Below are positions 25,473-34,854 of a stretch of DNA of 64,000 bases, one piece after another. Below the pieces are notes generated by a model. The model searched no databases. It worked only from the letters and a program-made list of their open reading frames with translations, and was not told the DNA's origin. The DNA comes from Thermoanaerobaculia bacterium. Lineage in GTDB: Bacteria > Acidobacteriota > Thermoanaerobaculia > UBA5066 > Gp7-AA6. A program made the position numbers and the translations under genes. The stretch covers positions 4,763-68,762 of the forward strand of contig DATBFU010000085.1 of NCBI GenBank assembly GCA_036558325.1. The letters run 5' to 3'. Positions within the stretch are counted from its first letter, which is position 1. Each line of letters begins with the position of its first letter.

Positions 25473-26474
25473 TTATGCCGCCAGGTTCCAGGCGATCATC
25501 CGGACGATGTCGCCCGGATTCTTCGGCAGCTCCATCACGACCGAGGCCTCGAAGCCCGAGTGCATCGCGCAATTGCGGCACATCGGGTCCTGGCGCGACT
25601 CCCAATAGTCCCAGTCCGTGCCGTTCCAGAACTCCTCGAACGTCGGCGACCAGGTCTTCCCGATCAGATAGCAGGGGCCCTTCCAGCCGTTCGGCGTGTA
25701 GGTGACCGTGCTCCACGGCGAGCACTTGTACTCGCGCAGGCCCGCGGCGAACTCGAGAAACATCGGCGTCGACGTCAGCTTGTGCTTCTTCGAGATCTCG
25801 AGCACGCGGCGGAACTTCTGATGGATCTCCGACTTCGTCAGGAAGATGTCGGAATCCACCGACTCGTAGTGGTAGCCGGGCGACACGAGCATTCCGTCCA
25901 CGCCCATCCGCGTGAGCAGGTCGCAGAGCTCCTCGACCTCCTCGACCTGCGTCTCCTTGAAGATCGTCGTGTTGGCCATGACGTGGTGGCCGAGCGCGAG
26001 GCCCTGCTCGATCATCGCGATCGCCTTATCGAAGACGCCCTCGCGGTCGCACACTTTGTCGTGCGTCTCGCGCATGCCGTCCAGGTGCACGTTGATCATG
26101 AGCCGCTTGTTGGGCGGAACGATCCCGAAGACCTTCTCGTCGAGGAGAAGGCCGTTGGTGCAGAGGTAGATGTGCCGCTTGCGCTTGATGATCTCCGACA
26201 TGAGCTCGGGAAGCTCGGGGTAGATCGTCGGCTCGCCGCCGCAGATCGAGACGACCGGCGCCTCGGAGACCTCGACGGCCTCGAGGCACTTCTCGATCGG
26301 CAGCCGGTCTTTGAGCTTGCCGGTGTGCCGCTCGACGGCGCAGCCGATGCACGCCAGATTGCACGTATAGAGGGGCTCGAGCATCAGGACGAACGGATAC
26401 CGCTTCCGGCCGCGGATCGCGTTGCGAACCGAGTTCTGGATCTGGTCCGTCATGATGTGAACCGGGAATCGCAT
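25473..26474 (-). CDS. hpnH: Radical SAM adenosyl-hopene transferase
   Basis: The start is reset to the ATG at 26474 (MRFPVHIMTDQ..), preceded by GGAGAGGGAG. The radical SAM motif CNLACIGC is present. The gene starts 6 nt after the shc stop. The remaining N-terminal 600+ aa of the track ORF are shadow. Confidence 0.9.
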   Translation of the reverse strand: MRFPVHIMTDQIQNSVRNAIRGRKRYPFVLMLEPLYTCNLACIGCAVERHTGKLKDRLPIEKCLEAVEVSEAPVVSICGGEPTIYPELPELMSEIIKRKRHIYLCTNGLLLDEKVFGIVPPNKRLMINVHLDGMRETHDKVCDREGVFDKAIAMIEQGLALGHHVMANTTIFKETQVEEVEELCDLLTRMGVDGMLVSPGYHYESVDSDIFLTKSEIHQKFRRVLEISKKHKLTSTPMFLEFAAGLREYKCSPWSTVTYTPNGWKGPCYLIGKTWSPTFEEFWNGTDWDYWESRQDPMCRNCAMHSGFEASVVMELPKNPGDIVRMIAWNLAA

Positions 26475-26479
26475 CCTGA

Positions 26480-28516
26480 TTACTCCCTCTCCTTCGAGGG
26501 CCGCGCGGGGATCCGCGCCGTAGCGCCGGAGCGCGCCGGCGGCGCCGACGACGCCGCTGCCCGCCCGTAGAGCGACAGGGCCCAGAGCGGGAAGTAGGTC
26601 GCATAGAGATGATACCGGAGGTAGAAGACCTTCGGAAATCCCGTCGCGGTCCAGAGCTCGTCCCGCCAGGACCCGTCGTACTGCTGTGTGGCCAGGAGAT
26701 ATCCGATCGCGCGGCGCACGCACTCGGAGCGGTCGTCGCCCGTCGCGAAGAGCGCCATGAGCGCCCAGGCCGTCTGCGAGGGCGTGCTGGGTCCGACCGC
26801 CTTGGCCGCCTCGTCGTCGTACGAGTGCTGCAACTCTCCCCATCCGCCGTCCGGGTTCTGTCGCGCCCGGAACCACTCGGCCGCGCGTTGATAGCGAGGC
26901 TCCGAAAGGTCCTCCCCGGCGTGCATCAGGCCGCGCAGCGCGAGCCACGTCCCGTAGATGTAGTTGCAGCCCCAGCGCCCGTACCACGTGCCGTCGGCCT
27001 GCTGGCGCTCCCGGAGAAACTCCACGGCCCGCCGAATCGCCGGATGGTCGGGCCGGTCGCCCAGGTTGTGCAGCGCTTCGAGGACGCGACCCGTGATGTC
27101 CTCGCAGCTCGGGTCGATCATCGCGTTGTGGTCGGCGAACGGGATGTAGGTCCACACCTCGTTGGCGCACTCGCGGTCGAACGCTCCCCACCCGCCGTCG
27201 TCGTTCTGCATTCCGAGGAGCCACTTGCGCCCGCGCTCGATCGCGTCGTTGCGGCGGCCCTCTTCCTCGGCGTCGGGGAAGCGCACCTGGGAGAGCGACG
27301 TCAGGACCTCCGCGGTGTCGTCGGTGTCGGGATAGAACTCGTTGGCGTACTCGAAGTACCAGCCGCCGACGGGCGCGTCCGGCGCGCGGCGCTGCCAGTC
27401 GCCGACTTGTTTGACCTCCCGGTCGATGAGCCACCGCGCCGCGCGGCGAAGCGCCGCGTCGTCCGCCGCGAGGCCCGAGGCGAAGAGCGCCGGCGAGGCG
27501 ATCGCCGTGTCCCAGACCGGCGAGAAACACGGCTGGACACGGAGGGTCTCCTCGTCCTCGAGCTCGAGTTTCTCGAGCTCGCGCGTCTGCGCGAGGAGGC
27601 GCGGATCGTCGAGCGCGTAGCCGAGGCAGCGAAACGCCATGATCGTATTGACGATCGGCGGAAAGATCGCGCCCAGGCCGTCGCTTTTGTCCAGGCGCTC
27701 CGCGATCCACTTCTCCGAGACCTCGAGGGCGCGACGCCTCCAGGGCGTGAAGCGCGCCGACTCCGCGGCCTGCAGCATCTTGTCCACCGCCGTGAAGAAG
27801 ACGCCCCAGAGGGCTTCCTTCAACGAGTGGGGCGCGCGGCGCTCGGGCACGACGCCCGTCCGCAGCTCCGGAATCGCCGCCCGCGGCGCGACGGCGCAGT
27901 AAGGTTTCGACGCCCAGATGATCGCGAGCGGCACGACGATCGTGCGCGACCAGGACGAGATCTTGTAGAGCGTGAACGGAAACCAGTCGGGAAGGAGAAC
28001 GAGCTCCGGTGGAACCGCCGGACAGTCGTTCCAGTCCCACTGGCCGAAGACCGCGAGATAGATCCGCGTGAAGGAGTTGGTCGCCTCGATGCCGCCGAGC
28101 CGCAGGATGACCTCGCGGGCTTTGACCATGTGGCGCGCGTCGCGGTCGTCGCCGGCGAGCTTCAGGGCGAAGTAGGCCTTGACGGAGACGCTCACGTCGG
28201 CGGGGCCGCCCTCGTAGTTCGGCCATCCCCCGTCCGGGAGCTGCTTGCGGCGAAGGTACTCGGCGGCCTTCCGAACGCGGGTCTCTCCGGTGCGACCGAG
28301 GAAGTGAAGGGTCAGGATGTACTCGGACTCGAGGATGGTGTCGCCTTCGAGCTCCCCGCACCAGTGCCCGTCGGGCCGTTGAATGGAAAGCAGATACCGC
28401 TGCGCGGCGGCGATCGCGTTCCGCACGCCCTCCGCGGGCATCTCCGGGACGCCCCGGTCGCGGCCACCGTCTTTCATGAAGCCGCGTAGCTTAGAGGAGA
28501 ACGCTTCTCCATGCAA
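26480..28516 (-). CDS. shc: Squalene-hopene cyclase
   Basis: The catalytic DxDD motif is present (YPDTDDTAEV), along with repeated QW-type motifs (RQ..DGGW, QN.DGGWG, Q..DGSW). The protein is 678 aa. An alternative start at 28477 (MKDGG..) cannot be excluded. Confidence 0.95.
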   Translation of the reverse strand: MHGEAFSSKLRGFMKDGGRDRGVPEMPAEGVRNAIAAAQRYLLSIQRPDGHWCGELEGDTILESEYILTLHFLGRTGETRVRKAAEYLRRKQLPDGGWPNYEGGPADVSVSVKAYFALKLAGDDRDARHMVKAREVILRLGGIEATNSFTRIYLAVFGQWDWNDCPAVPPELVLLPDWFPFTLYKISSWSRTIVVPLAIIWASKPYCAVAPRAAIPELRTGVVPERRAPHSLKEALWGVFFTAVDKMLQAAESARFTPWRRRALEVSEKWIAERLDKSDGLGAIFPPIVNTIMAFRCLGYALDDPRLLAQTRELEKLELEDEETLRVQPCFSPVWDTAIASPALFASGLAADDAALRRAARWLIDREVKQVGDWQRRAPDAPVGGWYFEYANEFYPDTDDTAEVLTSLSQVRFPDAEEEGRRNDAIERGRKWLLGMQNDDGGWGAFDRECANEVWTYIPFADHNAMIDPSCEDITGRVLEALHNLGDRPDHPAIRRAVEFLRERQQADGTWYGRWGCNYIYGTWLALRGLMHAGEDLSEPRYQRAAEWFRARQNPDGGWGELQHSYDDEAAKAVGPSTPSQTAWALMALFATGDDRSECVRRAIGYLLATQQYDGSWRDELWTATGFPKVFYLRYHLYATYFPLWALSLYGRAAASSAPPARSGATARIPARPSKERE

Positions 28517-28557
28517 TATTTACAAAGATACGCCCTTCCGGGCCGCCGGGATTCGGT

Positions 28558-29913
28558 CTAGGGCCGGGAGGACGACTCGGGGACGCCCGAAGCGTCCCTG
28601 GCCTGCGCCCCGAGCGTCGACAGCAGCTCCCCTCGAAGGCCGAGCAGCTCGAGCCGCGCCTCGACCTCCTCCCGTCGGGCGCGCGCCAGGTCGTCCTCGG
28701 CGTCGGCCAGCGCCAGTTGCGCCCGCTCGACGCCGTCCGCCTCGCCGCGGCCTTCGCGAGCGACGGCCCTCGCCTGCGAAAGCGCCTCCTCCCCGAGCGC
28801 CGCCGCCCGGCGGGCGATGCCGGTTTCGAGGCTCGTCTGAGCGAGCCGGGCCTCGGCCTGGCGCGACGCGCGCGCCAGGTCCGCCTCGCGCTCGCTCCGC
28901 TCGGCGAGCACCTGCTCGAGGCGCGCGCGGGACCGCGCCTGCTGGGCCGCCTCGCGGCCGCCGGTCAGCAGCGGCAGCACGACGGAGACGCCGACGCTCG
29001 CGACGTTCTCCTGGAAGCTCAAGTAGTACTTGTCGTAGCCGAATCCACGCGGAACGTACGCGTAGCGCGCCTCGGCGTTGACCGAGGGCTTGAACGTCTG
29101 CGCGAGAAGCTTCGCCGACCGCGAGAGCGCGTCGGCCTGCCGCCCGAGCGCCTTCCACTTCGGATCGCGCGCAATCGCCCGATCGGCGGTGCCGTCGCCG
29201 TCGGGCGCCGGGACGGCCTCTGCGGGATCGCCGGAGATCGTCAGCGCCGCGCCCGCGGGCCGGCCGATGAGGAGCGCGAGCTCGTGGCGGTCGAGGTCGC
29301 GGTCGGACTCGGCGGCGTAGAGCTTCTGCCGCGCGCGCGCCTCCTCGAGCCCCGCCCGCTCGACGTCGAGCTCCGTGCGCCGCCCCTCGCGCGCCAGCGC
29401 CCCCTCCTGCCGCGCGATCGCCTCGCGGGCCTCGACCCGGCGGCGCGCGCTCGCGGCCCGCGCCTCGTCGGAGGACAGGCGGGCGCAGGCGGCGGCCGTG
29501 CGCCGCGCCACGTCGGCCCGCGCCTGATCGACGACGCCCTGCGCCGCCGCGGCCCCGGCCCGCGCCTCGAGCGTGTCGCTCGCGGAATACGGATCGTAGA
29601 GGGTCATCGAGAGCCGCGCGCCCGCCGCCGACGGCACCTCGCCGGCGACCGAGAGCGGGAGGCCCGTCGAGTAGCCCGGCGTCGAGTTCACGGAGAAATG
29701 CGGCTTGCGAGGGCTTTCCGTCTCGCGCACGGCGCCGGCGGCTTCGTCGGCCGCCGCGCGCGCGGCGGCGATTTCGGGCGCCCGCGCCAGCGCGAGCTCG
29801 ACCGCGCGCTGGACGGTCAGCGTCGCCCCATCGGGAGAGGGCGGCGGAGCCGCCGCGGGGGCCGTCGCGCGCGAAGCGGCGAGAAGGACGGTCAGGAGCA
29901 GGACGTCACTCAT
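28558..29913 (-). CDS. TolC-family outer membrane efflux protein
   Basis: The 451-aa protein has a signal-like N-terminus and two-repeat alpha-helical/beta composition (LTVQRAVELALARAPEIAAARAA.., long Ala/Arg/Glu coiled segments). The ATG at 29913 overlaps the upstream permease stop by 8 nt. Confidence 0.8.
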   Translation of the reverse strand: MSDVLLLTVLLAASRATAPAAAPPPSPDGATLTVQRAVELALARAPEIAAARAAADEAAGAVRETESPRKPHFSVNSTPGYSTGLPLSVAGEVPSAAGARLSMTLYDPYSASDTLEARAGAAAAQGVVDQARADVARRTAAACARLSSDEARAASARRRVEAREAIARQEGALAREGRRTELDVERAGLEEARARQKLYAAESDRDLDRHELALLIGRPAGAALTISGDPAEAVPAPDGDGTADRAIARDPKWKALGRQADALSRSAKLLAQTFKPSVNAEARYAYVPRGFGYDKYYLSFQENVASVGVSVVLPLLTGGREAAQQARSRARLEQVLAERSEREADLARASRQAEARLAQTSLETGIARRAAALGEEALSQARAVAREGRGEADGVERAQLALADAEDDLARARREEVEARLELLGLRGELLSTLGAQARDASGVPESSSRP

Positions 29914-31111
29914 GGTGCAAGGCCTCCGTCGGGTTCAGACTGGCGGCGCGGTAGGCGGGAACGACGCCGAAGAGCACCGCCACCGCGCAGGAAAACGCAA
30001 AGGCGAGAAGCGCCGAAAGAAGCGAGATCTCGATCCGGATGCCGTGAAAGACGACTCGCGCCAGCAGCGGGAAACCGAGGCCGACCGCGACGCCCGCGGA
30101 CGCGCCGAGGAATCCCAGCATCAGCGCCTCGAGAAGGAACTGCTGGAGGATGTCGCGCCGCCGCGCGCCGACCGACATGCGCAGGCCGATCTCGCGCGTT
30201 CGCTGCTCGACCGACGCGAGCAGGATGTTCATGATTCCAACGCCGCCGACGACGACGGACACCGCCGCCGCGAGGATGAACGCGACGATCAGCCCGAACG
30301 AGATCAGGCGCGCCATGCGGATCACGGTCGTCATCGTCTTGACGTGAAAGACCGAGCCCGCGTGATGGCGGTCTCGCAGCGTCTGCTCCATCGTCGCGGC
30401 CGCCCGCGGGATCTCGGAGAACTCCCGAGCCTCCGCGAAGAGCGTATCCACGCGCCGCGTCGGCGTGAAGAGCCAGGCGACGTTGATCGGGATGAAGATC
30501 GACCGCTCCGTGACCTCGCCCTGGCCCATCGTGTCCACCGGCTTGTCGAATTTTCCGACGACGAGGAAGTTCGTGCCGAGGGCGCGGAGCGTCTTTCCCT
30601 GCGGCGGCTCGCTGCCGAAGAGTTCCTCGTAGAGCGTCCGGCTGACGACGCAGACTTTGGCGCGGCTGGCGATGTCGTCCTCGTCGAGAAAGCGCCCGGC
30701 GAGGATGCGGACGTTCCGGCGGATCCGGGGATAGTTCGGGGTCGTCCCCAGAATGGACACCGTGGCGGCGTGGGAAAAGACCGGAACGGTGCCGTGAAGC
30801 TCGAGCAGAGGCGTCGCGCCCGTGTACAGGTCCGGTCGCGCGGCGATCGCGGCGACGTCGGCCTCCGTGATGTCGTCGTCGAGGGCGCGCAGGACGCCGG
30901 AGGTCACCGTGCCGTCGTACGATCCCCAGACGAGGTGCGATCCCACGCCCTCGATTTGCGCCATCACGAACGCGCGGCCGGTCAGGCCGAGCGCCACGAT
31001 GAGGATGATCGCCGCCGTCCCGACGATCAGTCCCGCGAGCGTCAGGCCCATCTGGACGGGATGCGTCCGGAAGCGATGAAGCGCCGTCTCGAGGGTCTCG
31101 CTGCGAAGCAT
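29906..31111 (-). CDS. MacB/FtsX-type ABC transporter permease (no ATPase domain)
   Basis: The 401-aa protein has an N-terminal TM helix, a large periplasmic domain, and a C-terminal FtsX-like three-helix bundle (..GIMNILLASVEQRTREIGLRMSVGARRRDILQQFLLEA..). Confidence 0.85.
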   Translation of the reverse strand: MLRSETLETALHRFRTHPVQMGLTLAGLIVGTAAIILIVALGLTGRAFVMAQIEGVGSHLVWGSYDGTVTSGVLRALDDDITEADVAAIAARPDLYTGATPLLELHGTVPVFSHAATVSILGTTPNYPRIRRNVRILAGRFLDEDDIASRAKVCVVSRTLYEELFGSEPPQGKTLRALGTNFLVVGKFDKPVDTMGQGEVTERSIFIPINVAWLFTPTRRVDTLFAEAREFSEIPRAAATMEQTLRDRHHAGSVFHVKTMTTVIRMARLISFGLIVAFILAAAVSVVVGGVGIMNILLASVEQRTREIGLRMSVGARRRDILQQFLLEALMLGFLGASAGVAVGLGFPLLARVVFHGIRIEISLLSALLAFAFSCAVAVLFGVVPAYRAASLNPTEALHHE

Positions 31112-31121
31112 GGCCGGGCGG

Positions 31122-32270
31122 TCAGCGAGCCGCGACGCGAGTGCCGTCGGAGAGCGGGGTCATGCCCGGCAGCAGAACCCTCTCGCCTTCCGACAGGCCG
31201 CTCGCGATCTCGACCGCGTCCGGCGCGAGCAGTCCGATCGTGACGTCGCGGCGGCGGGCGCGGCCGTTCGACAACGCCCAGACGTAGCGGCGCTCGCCGT
31301 CGCGCTGGAGCGCCGCGCGCGGCACGACGAGCGCGCCCTTCTTCTCGGCGACCACGATTCGGACGTTCACGGAGGCGTTGGGCGGGAGCCGGGCCGTCGG
31401 GTCGGCGATCTCGGCCAGCACCTCGGCGACCAGCCGGCCGCCCACGTCCCGCAGGCCCGGCGAGACCTGGACGACTCTGCCGGCCCACTCGCGGTCCGGC
31501 AGGCCGTCGAACGTCACGACGAGGCGCTGCCCCGGCGCGAGTCGAGGCAAGTCCGGCTGATCCACGCGGACGCGGAGGCGCAGCCGCTCCGGATCCGCCA
31601 CGCTCGCGACGAGCTGGCCCTCCTCGACGCTCTCGCCCACCTTGCGCGGCAGGTTGTAAACGACCCCGTCGGCCGGTGCGCGGACGGTGAGCGCCTCGGC
31701 GCGCTGCGAGAGCTCGCGAGCGGAAGCGCCCGCGAGCTCGATCCGCGACCCCGCCAGCGACTCGAGCTTGACCCGTGCGGCCCGCTCCCGCAGGTCGGCG
31801 GCGGCGGATGCGGCGGCGTCGGCCTCGGCGGCCGCGCGCGTGATGGCGCCCTCGGCGAGAAGCCGCCGGTCGCTCTCGACGACCTTCCTGAGGCGGGCCG
31901 AGTCGGCTGCCGCCGTCTCGAGTTCTCCCTCGGCCGCGACGCGCTCGCTCTCGAGCGCGGCCACCTGCGACTTCGCGTCGCGCGCGGAGGTCGAGAGCTT
32001 CGGGTTCTCGAGCACCACGAGCGCTTCCCCGCGGGCGACACGCTGCCCCTCGCGCGCGGGGATTCCGGCGACCGTTGCGCGGTCCGGTGCGCGCAGCTCG
32101 CCTCCGGCCGGCGGCTCGAGCGTCCCGTCGCAAAGGATCGGCACGGAAAGATCCGCGCGCGCCGCGGCGACGGCCGCCACCGCTGCACCCTGTGGCCGCC
32201 GCAATGCCGCCACGCCGGCGATCAACAGGAGGACCAGGCCGAGGACGCCGGCCGCGATACGGATCTTCAT
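31122..32270 (-). CDS. HlyD/MacA-type periplasmic adaptor (membrane fusion protein)
   Basis: The 382-aa protein has an N-terminal anchor helix, a biotinyl-lipoyl-like segment (VAGIPAREGQRVARGEALVVLE), a coiled-coil hairpin and a beta-barrel C-terminus. Confidence 0.85.
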   Translation of the reverse strand: MKIRIAAGVLGLVLLLIAGVAALRRPQGAAVAAVAAARADLSVPILCDGTLEPPAGGELRAPDRATVAGIPAREGQRVARGEALVVLENPKLSTSARDAKSQVAALESERVAAEGELETAAADSARLRKVVESDRRLLAEGAITRAAAEADAAASAAADLRERAARVKLESLAGSRIELAGASARELSQRAEALTVRAPADGVVYNLPRKVGESVEEGQLVASVADPERLRLRVRVDQPDLPRLAPGQRLVVTFDGLPDREWAGRVVQVSPGLRDVGGRLVAEVLAEIADPTARLPPNASVNVRIVVAEKKGALVVPRAALQRDGERRYVWALSNGRARRRDVTIGLLAPDAVEIASGLSEGERVLLPGMTPLSDGTRVAAR

Positions 32271-32286
32271 GGCACGGCGGGAAAGA

Positions 32287-33645
32287 TCAGAACGGCCACC
32301 ATTTCGTGGGCAGGTTCTTCGCGACGTCGTTGTAGAGAACGACCGTGAGGAGCGCGAGGATCATCAGGAACCCGACCTGGAGGATTCGCTCCTTGACGCG
32401 CAGCGAGAAGTCGCGCCGCGCCGCTCCTTCGACCGCGATGAGGAAGAGATGGCCGCCGTCGAGCACCGGGATCGGGAGCAGGTTGAAGATCCCGAGCTGC
32501 AGCGAGATCGCGGCCATGAGGGACACGAGAGGGATCGCGCCCGCGCGCGCCGCCTCGCCGGAGAACTTCGCGATGTCGAGCGGACCGGACATCGATTTCA
32601 CACTGGCGCGCCCGCGGAAGAGGCGGCCGATCAGGCCGAGCGTCGTGCGGAAGTCCGTGCGGACCCGGCGCCAGCCCTCGACGAAGGCCGCTCCGAGGGG
32701 GAACTTCTCCGTGACTTCCTTGAGATCCGCCGCCACCTGCACGCCGATCTTCCACGTCCCGTCCGGATCGCGGCGCGGCGTGACGGACGCGACACCCGGC
32801 GCGCCGTCGCGGAGATAGCGCACGTCGAACGGGCCGGGGGCGGAGCGATTGACCGCCTCCATCACCTTGCTCAGGATGTCGGTCTGGGAGCCGCGCACCT
32901 CGGTGCCGCCGATCGACGTGATGACGTCGCCCGTGCGGAGCCCCGCGCGCTCGGCGGGATCGGATCCGACGACCATCACGATGCGCGGCTCGCTCGGAGC
33001 CGCCGGGTACACGCCGACCTCGCCGATATCGTACTTCGTGACCGCGCGCGGCGTGACGGGAAGCGTCAGAGTCTTCCCGCCGCGCTCGACGACCACGTCG
33101 ATCTTCTGCCGCGCGTTCATGGCGAAGAGGAACTCGGCGTCCCGCCAGCGCGCGGTCGCGTCGCCGTCGACCGAGACGATGCGGTCGCCGGGCAGAATGC
33201 CCGCCTCTTCTCCGGGCGACCCGGGCTGCACGACGCGCACGACCGGCGCCTGCAGCTCGTAGGCCGGCACCTGGGCGCCGAGTGCGAAAACGGCCGAGTG
33301 CAGCAGCCAGGCGAGCAGCACGTTCATGACGGGACCCGCGAGCAGGATGAGCGCGCGCTGCCATCGCCGGCCGACGGGAGGCGTCTCCTTCGACGTGCCT
33401 TCGGCGAGCGTCGATTCGTCGGGCCCGAGCCCGGTGACGCGCACGTAGCCGCCGAGCGGAATCGCGGAGACGCGGTAGTCGGTCCCGTTGACCTTGCGTC
33501 CGAAGAGGCGCTTGCCGAACCCGATCGAGAAGACCTCGACCGGAAACCGGAAGCCCTTGGCGACGGCGAAGTGGCCGAACTCGTGGACGACCACGAGCAC
33601 GGAGATGACGAGGATGAGCGCGAGCGTGTTGCCCAGGATGGTCAA
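32287..33645 (-). CDS. rseP: RIP metalloprotease RseP (site-2 protease)
   Basis: It has the HEFGHF zinc motif at the N-terminus, PDZ-like repeats and a C-terminal LNLLPIPVLDGG motif. The context is the canonical uppS-cdsA-dxr-rseP cluster. Confidence 0.9.
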   Translation of the reverse strand: MTILGNTLALILVISVLVVVHEFGHFAVAKGFRFPVEVFSIGFGKRLFGRKVNGTDYRVSAIPLGGYVRVTGLGPDESTLAEGTSKETPPVGRRWQRALILLAGPVMNVLLAWLLHSAVFALGAQVPAYELQAPVVRVVQPGSPGEEAGILPGDRIVSVDGDATARWRDAEFLFAMNARQKIDVVVERGGKTLTLPVTPRAVTKYDIGEVGVYPAAPSEPRIVMVVGSDPAERAGLRTGDVITSIGGTEVRGSQTDILSKVMEAVNRSAPGPFDVRYLRDGAPGVASVTPRRDPDGTWKIGVQVAADLKEVTEKFPLGAAFVEGWRRVRTDFRTTLGLIGRLFRGRASVKSMSGPLDIAKFSGEAARAGAIPLVSLMAAISLQLGIFNLLPIPVLDGGHLFLIAVEGAARRDFSLRVKERILQVGFLMILALLTVVLYNDVAKNLPTKWWPF

Positions 33646-33666
33646 GCGAGCTCCTTCGGAGAAATT

Positions 33667-34854
33667 TCAGCCGGCGACCCGGGCTCCCGCCGCCGGGCTC
33701 CGGCGCACCAGAGCCTCGGCCTTGCGCCGCGCGTCCCGGTCGATCGCCTCGGCCTCGTCCACCGATCCCGGAGACGGCACGGACCCGACGGCGGCGCCGG
33801 TCTCCGCGACCACGGCAACGATGTCCGGGAAAGAAATCTTCCCCGTCAGGAAGGCGTCCACGGCCACCTCGTTGGCGGCGTTCAGCACCGCCGGCATGCC
33901 GCCCCCGGCCCGCAGGGCTTCCCGCGCGAGCCCGACCGCGGGATACCGCCGGGGATCCACCTCGGCAAAGTCCAGGCGCGAGAGCGTCGCGAGGTCGAGC
34001 CGTCCGAACGGCGTCGGGATGCGGTCGGGATAGGTCAGGGCGTACAGGATCGGGAACTTCATGTCGTTCCTCGAGAGCTGGGCGATGAGCGATCCGTCCA
34101 CGTACTCCACGAACGAGTGAACGGCCGACTGGGGGTGGATCACGACGTCGATCCGATCGACCGGGAGGTCGAAGAGAAAGCGCGCCTCGATGATCTCGAG
34201 GCCCTTGTTCATCATCGTCGCGGAATCGATCGTGATCTTCGGCCCCATCTTCCAGGTCGGGTGCGCGAGCGCGTCCGGCACCGTGATGTCGGGGAAGGTC
34301 GAGAGCGGCCGCTCGCGGAACGGACCGCCCGAGGCCGTCAGGACGAGCCGCGCGACCTCCGCGTGATCGCCGCATCGCAGGGCCTGGTGGATCGCGCAGT
34401 GCTCCGAGTCGACCGGCACGATCTCCGCGCCGCTGGCGCGCGCCGTCCGCATCATGAGCTCGCCGGCGACGACGAGCGTCTCCTTGTTCGCGAGCGCCAG
34501 GCGTTTGCCGGCGACCGCCGCGGCGTACGCCGAGCGCAGTCCGAGCGCGCCGACGAGGCCGCCCACGACGACGTCGGTCTTCGGGTGCGACGCCACCTCC
34601 TCGAGCCCCTCGCGACCGGACGTGATCCGCGTCCCGGCGCCGGCAGGCACGAGGGCCTTCAGGCGCGCGGCGTCCGCTTCCGTCGCCACCGAGACGATCT
34701 CGGGGCGATGCCGGCCGACCTGTTCCGCGAGCCGCTCCACGGACCGGCCGGCCGCGAGCGCGACGACCCGGAACCGGTCCGGCAGCGCGGCCACGACGTC
34801 GAGGGCCGAGCACCCGATCGAGCCGGTGGAGCCCAGCACGGCGAGGTTCTTCAT
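33667..34854 (-). CDS. dxr: 1-deoxy-D-xylulose 5-phosphate reductoisomerase
   Basis: The N-terminus reads MKNLAVLGSTGSIGCSALDVV. The protein is 395 aa, with family blocks LANKE, DSEH and HP.W.MG. Confidence 0.95.
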   Translation of the reverse strand: MKNLAVLGSTGSIGCSALDVVAALPDRFRVVALAAGRSVERLAEQVGRHRPEIVSVATEADAARLKALVPAGAGTRITSGREGLEEVASHPKTDVVVGGLVGALGLRSAYAAAVAGKRLALANKETLVVAGELMMRTARASGAEIVPVDSEHCAIHQALRCGDHAEVARLVLTASGGPFRERPLSTFPDITVPDALAHPTWKMGPKITIDSATMMNKGLEIIEARFLFDLPVDRIDVVIHPQSAVHSFVEYVDGSLIAQLSRNDMKFPILYALTYPDRIPTPFGRLDLATLSRLDFAEVDPRRYPAVGLAREALRAGGGMPAVLNAANEVAVDAFLTGKISFPDIVAVVAETGAAVGSVPSPGSVDEAEAIDRDARRKAEALVRRSPAAGARVAG

